Source of the DNA: Lepidodermella squamata
Taxonomy: Eukaryota; Animalia; Gastrotricha
Assembly: GCA_047495785.1 (NCBI GenBank)
Contig: JBLDXI010000004.1
Coordinates: 1-64,000 of the forward strand
DNA: 64,000 nucleotides
Reading direction: 5' to 3'
The notes beneath the pieces were generated by a model. It was given only the letters and a program-made list of their open reading frames with translations. It did no database searches and had not been told where the DNA came from. Positions 57,034 to 64,000 of this stretch are shown here, one piece after another. Every line of letters begins with the position of its first letter. Positions within the stretch are counted from its first letter, which is position 1. A program made the translations under genes and the position numbers.

Positions 57034-57716
57034 ACTGTCATGATTCCCAACTTTCGGGCACGCATCACAAATAATGGTTGAGGAAAAAATCGCAAAATAA
57101 TAAACTACAGATTCTGGATTTACTTGTTCAACTTGTTCGCCGCGCGCGAAGTACTGCACACCCAACTCGGAAGGTCCTGGCAAGAAAACGCTGAGGAACA
57201 GAGAGGCTCAGCGTCTGTGTTATGGCGTTGTAAAACAGGTTGCGTCATTTTTTGGCCGTGGAAATTCATAGTAGTTCGGTTATTCAAAGTCTCGTATTTC
57301 AGTTTTCCTGTTTTTTCGATAATTTTTCATGAAAGTTACGCGATTTTCCCAATCTGAGTTACCGCAGGTTAACATTATATAATCGGGAATGCGTTTTAGT
57401 AAGTGATTTTTGCTGCAGTAATTTGCCACGATAATATGGAGTTTACGCTCGTGATCATTTCATCCCGGAGTCATAGCAACAATAAATTGACCGATCAGCG
57501 CGCGGGTCAAAGATTAGCTTACAACTTGAAACACAATGACATCGGAAAATACTATGCGAATTCTGTTTTTCTTAACATTCAAAACAGCGTGTGCTGTTTT
57601 CAGTGTTTTTGAATGACGCTAGATTGAGCGCGTGCTTAAAAGAAAAACGAACGTATGGCTATTCACATTTTTCACATTTTATTTCGAATTTATTAATGCT
57701 GACCTCATCTAAACAG

Positions 57717-59218
57717 ATGATTGCTTATCACAAAACTTCCGTACTACTGCTAATACTGGCGTCGATCGACGCGGCTTTGGCCAAGCGGCAGTTGAACTGG
57801 GTTCGGTGCTTCTCTAAACAGACCAATCGATTCACCAGCTGCGTTCCAGCTGCGGATGGCTGTGATCCAGTCAAAGAATTTCAGGTTTGAGTCTATTTAA
57901 TTGCTTTGCTAATTGAAATGTTTCTCTGTGGATAGTGGGGCGGGATTTTTCGAACAACCGGCGTATGTAATACTGGGGTCTGTTGCTTTTCTACTACAAT
58001 TTTCTGATATTTCCATCTGTTTTGCTATAGAATGGCCGAATGTGTTACAAATACGGAGCTCTTACCACGTTTTGTGCTCCCGGAAACGTTGGCTGCAACA
58101 ATCCTGGTGATATGAATGTTAGTATAACTGCAATTATCGATTCAAGATAATATTATCAAATATTATTATCAAAACCTTTGCCTCAGACATTCTGGTTCGA
58201 CGATCAGACGGCGGCGTTGAGCTTGAAATACAACCTCAACGAGTGCGAGAAGAAACGAGCTGTTTTCGATGTAAGAGAACTTTGGTAGTATTGCGTAATA
58301 GCCATGCATTTTTTTAATTGTTTTTAGAAATTGCAATTTCGCCGTTGCACGTCGAACAACGTCTACCAAACTTGTGTTCCGGACCCTTACACTTGCCCTG
58401 AAAACTGGGTAGATTTTTTCGTATTCCCTTGGACTTTAAGAGACGAATCTCATAGACTTTTCTGTACAAACAATTGTAAAATCTCAGAAATCATCTTGCT
58501 AGACTTTTTTTCTTAGTAGAACGCACGCTCGTTCTTGGGGATCCACATTCGCATTTCATTTTTTCCGATTGATGCCCCCGAGCTACAGCCGAAAAAGTCA
58601 CACTTCGCCAAAACCTGTAACTCATAACCTTAACCCTAACCAAGCACAAAGCCTTTACCTAATGGAATGAATGGAGTGCATTTCTCGTCTCAATGTGTTT
58701 TGCTGACTTAGATCACCGAGTCGACGCTATACTCTAACTTAACGTCATGCACCCAAGGCTCAACACCTCCTGTAAGTTCGCTTTGAGTATTTTATTCCAA
58801 GCATCTCGAAAGAAATCGATTTATTATTTTTTTAAAGACGTCTCCGAGCAAAAAGTATTTCTTGGTGGATAACCCGAATGGCTTCCTATCAGAAGGCGCC
58901 TCAAAATGCAAAGAAAACAATGCGACGATCGCTACTATCAAGTCAGACGCTGAGCTGGCTCTGGCAAGGCAAGCAATGGGAACAACTCAATACACTGCTT
59001 GGATCGGTCTCAATAAGATTGGCTCGGAAGTCAAATGGGAGGATGGCTCCAATTTCACGTACATCGAGTCACAGTGGGTCTTCTGGTACCCCGGACCGGC
59101 TAATTCTTGCTATTCTCTTAAATATTGTACCACAGCGGACGGCGTTTCAAGCGATGGTTACTACTTCTCAGCTGCATCATGCACGTTTGCGTTAGTACAC
59201 GCCTTATGCGAGACATAA
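57717..59218 (+). CDS. 4-Cys-module / C-type lectin family copy G (3 modules plus CTLD)
   Basis: Starts MIAYHKTSVLLLILASIDAALAKRQLNWVRCF. Seven exons with GT-AG introns. CTLD motifs AWIGL, WEDGS, HALCET. Confidence 0.82.
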
Positions 59219-60993
59219 AGTCGTGATTCTTTTCTTCCGCAGACTCGGCTTTGGGAGTTTTGTGCGATGAAGAAATAAACTGACAGTTGGAGGAGAATTG
59301 CATTTTCTGACCCATGAATAACGAATAACGAAGTTGAAATGAATTAGAATGAAGTTATAAAAATATAAATATTTATTCTTATCTATGGTATGACATGAGT
59401 ACAGAGTTCAGATGTAACGATTAAAGAATGTTATAATATCGTAAAATATCAAATTAGCCAAGCCAGTCGACCTATATTTTCGAGGACAACTCTATATTTG
59501 TATGATATTGTACGAGTGTTTCATTTATTTATTTATTTCGAGCATGTGTCCCAAAGGTGAGAGCTTAACAACAAAAGATGTCACACCGCATACAAAAGTA
59601 ACAAAAAATCAGGTCCAATCAGTCCCTTTCAAAGTCAAACAGGTAAATGCATAGACAACACTGTTACAGATAGGAAACTTTTACTATGGTTAATGCTCAG
59701 AGTTGACGTCAGGGTTGGAGTTTGGGGTTATGGTCCATGTCATGGTTCATGGTCCATGAATGAGGGGTATCGCACTGTAACAGATAGGAAACTAACGATC
59801 TTTCCATAGTGAATTTTTTCGAGCTGTTATTGCAAAGAGTGCGGCACGCGACCACTTTTTATGCCACCCAACGCCTTATCCGCCCATTATAATTTTAATT
59901 AAATTCAAAAATTGAAAAAGCCGCATGTACCCCTTTGAAAAAATAAGATTTTCTGGTCTTAAATACCAGAAGCGGCCCTCTACCTAATGATACCAGGTAC
60001 ACTTTGTGGTCCCTTATGGTCAATTTTCTAAAATTCGCCAAAAAGTGCTATATTTGGTGTTTTTGGGCAATATTGCCATTCTTCTGCCACGGTTGGCTCT
60101 TTCGGAAAAATGTTGAAAAATTTGAAAAAATTAGTGTATCCGTATTGAGAATTTTCTCTATCCAACGAAATAAAATTTGTCGGGTAAATAATTTATTTCG
60201 ATTTTCCGATTCTTTCTTAGCTCGAAAAAGTATTTTTGCCGTAATCTCGTTTGAGCGCGTTTTTTTATAATTAGACCAGGCGAAAGGGAGTCTTGAGTTC
60301 GATAAGCGACCTAGAATTTCTGACACGACTTCTCGTGGCTGGTAAAAGCGCGCTAATTCTCGCCAAAATAATAGCGTTGCAAAGATTTCTGGTTCATTTG
60401 TGTAATTTCAAACCTTGAATTCGGTGACTGGAGAGTCCACCTAGGCTTTTCAGCAGTGTTTTGGATTTGATTTGAGTTAGGCCCTATTTTCACTGATTTC
60501 ACTGAAATGATTGATTAAGGCTCGTTCGGCACTGCAGAGCTTCGAGCTTGGTGCCAGACTAGAATGAAGCTTTGGTACTAGGTCCACGAGATACTCACTA
60601 TCGTCCAACTGGCGAAAGATTACGACGACGTGATTTCTCTACGCAGTTCCTAGTGGTATGGCTAGTCGCGAAGGATGAGCTTGGGCTTTTGAGCCAATTT
60701 ATATCTAATGGTCCACTGTCGTGTCGGTACGAGGGCGCATCTGATTTTTCGGCACTAATAACGGAAATGAATCGCTGAATAATCGGCTAAAGGCCACTGT
60801 CCAAGCCCTCACTGCATATCTCTCGAAACAGAAAAAGAGTATTACCTCGTTACTACTCACCCGCTAGGCCAAATTCATCGTGCACAAAAGCGACAAACTG
60901 CTGATCAGCGAACGACTTTACGATTCTGCGAATTGCGAATAGAAAAAATGGTTATTTTCTCGAATAAATTATGAAAAGCAAAGATATTTCAAC

Positions 60994-61859
60994 CAGGGTT
61001 GGGGCTGTTTAAACAATCTGTTTATACAGTATGTTTAAACATACTGTTTAAACAGGTCCGAAAAATCTGAAAAAACAGGGTTTATACAGGTCGAACAGTG
61101 TTTTAACTACGATCTAACGTAAATGGTATATCGGAGCATAAAAATATAGATAAGTTTTCCCTAACATTTGCTTATGATGTAGTTGATGGTAGATATAAGC
61201 TCTGAGCTCTGAAGAAACAATCGAAAATGGCTGAGTAAATGTCAATCAGTCAGCTGATCGATCACCAATAACCGATAATCGATAACCGATAATCGGTGTC
61301 GAATGCTATAAAGCTGATGTCACCAGCTTGTTCAGCGGCAAAAGTTACCCTAGAATCCAAAGTTTCAAGCCTCTATCTATCATAATAACGAAGATATCGC
61401 GAAATCAGTTTATGCTTCCGGTAGGGTATAATTGGGCGGTTTTGTGCCTTTAAAGTTGAAATGTTCAAAAAAATCGGCAATACCGCTTCCTTTGACCTTG
61501 CAAACCCCCTTAGAAATCCCAGAGGGGTAACTTTTCACGGCGGATCCGAATCCGTTTTCAGAATTTCGGTAGCTGTCATACTTCCGGGAATAATTGAATT
61601 TTTTGAATTATTTTATTACTTTATTGCACCTTCATCATTTTGTCTTTCTGAATGAGAAAATAGTCGAGTAATACATCAAACTATGCAGTTTTTCACGCAG
61701 AATCACGTGGTGCAACTTAAAATTCAACTAGAGATACGGTTACCGAGATGTAGCTTGGAGCAAAATACCTATTTTTACACTATCTGTATATATATACCTG
61801 TTTAAACATGTGTTTAAACAGATCCGAAATTTGAAATATCTGTATAAACCCCAACCCTG
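60994..61859. mobile_element. Non-autonomous hAT element
   Basis: TIRs CAGGGTTGGGG / CCCCAACCCTG, 8-bp TSD ATTTCAAC (60986-60993 and 61860-61867), and TGTTTAAACA subterminal repeats. Confidence 0.9.
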
Positions 61860-62003
61860 ATTTCAACCGCAAACGATTGGAAGTTTTACAGGATCAACTA
61901 ATTTGCATAATTAATTTTACAGGGAACTTAAGTATTTTGTTGCTACGGGTTGCTACGGGTTGCTACGGGTTGCACCAAGTGACGGTGTTGTCGAGCTGCG
62001 ATT

Positions 62004-62990
62004 GTAGTCGGCGGGTGCAGTCGAGTGGGGACTTGCCATAGGCCCAGTTGAGCGCGTCGTCCGCATAAGTCCCGTTGGCAACGCGACGCTTGCCATCGTC
62101 CGGCTTGACATCGAGTGGTTGCATATTAGTGGTAAAAAAAGATGAAAAGTAAGGGGCTTAACGGGGAGCCTTGCGGCACGCCGCAGTGAATCTCATGTTC
62201 ACAACTGGTTTCTCCGTCCACTTTCAGCTTGAATCACCTTTCGCGAAGGAAGTCCGAGACCCAGCGGAAAATAGGCTCAGGAACGCCCGCTTCTGGAAGT
62301 TTGTGGATCAGGCCATGATGCCATACTACGTCGAAGGCGCTTTTGAAATCAAGGGCTACAGCGACTAGTTTCCAGTGTCGCGCCAGGGCTATGGCCACGT
62401 CGTTGACCAGACGGAATGAGGGATCTGTGGCGCTTTTGCCTCGCCAAAATCCGAACTGGTGGCTGGGCAGCAAGTTTCTGCTAACGAGATAGTCCATCAG
62501 AACCTTGGTCAGCAGGAGCTCCAGACACTTTCCCAATGCAGAAAGCAGAGCGACGGGACGATAGGAATCAGGTTGCTCTGGATCCTTTCCATCCTTGTGT
62601 ATTGGTACGATAATCGCGATCTTCCAACTTTTGGGCCGCAATTCAGGCTCAGCTCATAAAGTCGGCGCAGGTGAGACGCTAGGCTTGGACCACCATTTTT
62701 TATCACAATGTTCGATATTTCATCATGACCGGGAGCTTTTTGAAAAGCTCTTCCATCGAAGATTTCGGGATTCGAACACTCAGCTTTTTCGGTATGCATA
62801 ATGGCTTTGTGGCGGGGTTAGATTCGATCCCATCGTCTACCGCACGCCAAAAATCGCGATCTGAGGTGAGTTCTGATGTCACAGGAGGAGCTGAGACTAC
62901 TTTGGCGAACGTCTTGGCAATGAGTTCAGCTTTTGCCTTGCTGTCGGTGATGGATTTTCCATTCCCGGTCTTGAGGCTAACAACACGCAA
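62004..62990 (-). mobile_element. Non-LTR retrotransposon (LINE) reverse-transcriptase fragment, frameshifted
   Basis: KAPGHD, WKIAIIVPIHK, SYRPVALLS, HQFGF and LDFKSAFDVVWH are spread over three frames. Confidence 0.92.
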
Positions 62991-64000
62991 AATTATGAAA
63001 AGCAAAGATATTTCAACCGCTGAATCGCAGCTCGACAACACCGTCACTTGGTGCAACCCGTAGGAACAAAATACTTAAGATCCCTGTAAAATTAATTATG
63101 CAAATTAGTTGATCCTGTAAAACAAGGCATTTTCAAGTATTCTGTCGGAACAAGAAAAGTATGTAAAACAGGAAAAATTCTGTATTTATTTCGTTAAAAG
63201 GGAAAAACAAATAACACAGATATATTTACTAAATACTAAAAACAGCTCACGTGAAACAGGATACAGGATTGATGGGATACAGGATTATGGTTACGAGAAA
63301 CCTACAACGAATTACAAAAAAGGAAGCAATTTAATATTACAGGAAACGGCAAGCCGGAAAAAATACAGGAAACATGAAACTAGAAAAAATCCGGATTTTA
63401 CTGACGCATTTTGACTCGAAAAAATCTAGAATATTCCATGTTTAAATTTATCGTTTATTTTTTTACCGATTCCCACGAAATTCATTATCGAATGATGGTT
63501 ATTATTATGTTCACAGGAACTTGTAAAAAAAACAATCGGTTATATTTAAGTGAAAATTAATTGTTCAACAATGGCAAATTTATTCAGAAGCTTGGTCTTT
63601 TTTGTATTTTCTATTTGAGGTATTCAACAATTCAACAAAGGCGGTATGCACCGTCGCCTCGCCAAGTGCCGCTTTCATTGCCACGGCTGTCGCTTCTGTC
63701 ACAAAACATAAATTGTAATTTAAAAAAATTGACATTTTTCATGTGCGAGGCAATCAGTTTCCATCTCCCCGAACGTCAGCACACCGCTTTTGATGACTTT
63801 GAAGGCTTTGTTAGGGCCACCGCCCGCTAAAACCGCGCGTTTTCTGGATACAAATAAATTGATAAATGTTAAGGTGGAAAGATATTGAGCAATTTTTTAC
63901 ATTGTAAATCTCGCTGTAGGCCGTCTCAACCTTGAGACGGCAAACTGTGCCCGGCGTGCGGCGCTCTTCGTAAATAGCCTCAGCCGTTTTCAACATTGAA

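Noticed and set aside
18055-59218. RAG-type somatic recombination of lectin segments
   Set aside because: No heptamer/nonamer signals were seen around the exons. The nearby RAG1-like gene is broken, and the copies are ordinary spliced genes.

Overview
Eukaryotic animal genomic DNA, not prokaryotic: AT-rich, with many ~40-70 bp GT-AG introns. The compact gene structure and the transposon mix suggest a larvacean tunicate such as Oikopleura, but that is inference. Bases 19-12956 form a near-perfect 12.9 kb palindrome (two 5.86 kb arms, 1.2 kb spacer). Each arm carries a class C (GABA-B-like) GPCR, a serine-protease first exon, a truncated Transib/RAG1-core- or CMC-like DDE transposase, a 78-codon CAG/CAA tract and Cys-loop channel fragments. 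Next is a complete hAT transposon with an 8-bp TSD, an apparently intact 3-exon transposase and a TTAA element nested in its intron. Bases 18-59 kb hold an expanding family of secreted proteins made of a variable number of an unfamiliar 4-cysteine module plus divergent C-type lectin domains: about 6 full-length copies and 4 fragments. Interleaved are a small Cys-rich secreted peptide gene and its pseudogene, a truncated chymotrypsin-like gene, and a Ty3/gypsy 5' half (LTR, PBS, covarying leader hairpins, gag, -1 frameshift, protease). Also present are a C2H2/PLDLS gene with an inverted degenerate copy, an intronless LamG-like ORF, many MITEs and a LINE RT fragment. All calls were made by eye, and exon boundaries are approximate.
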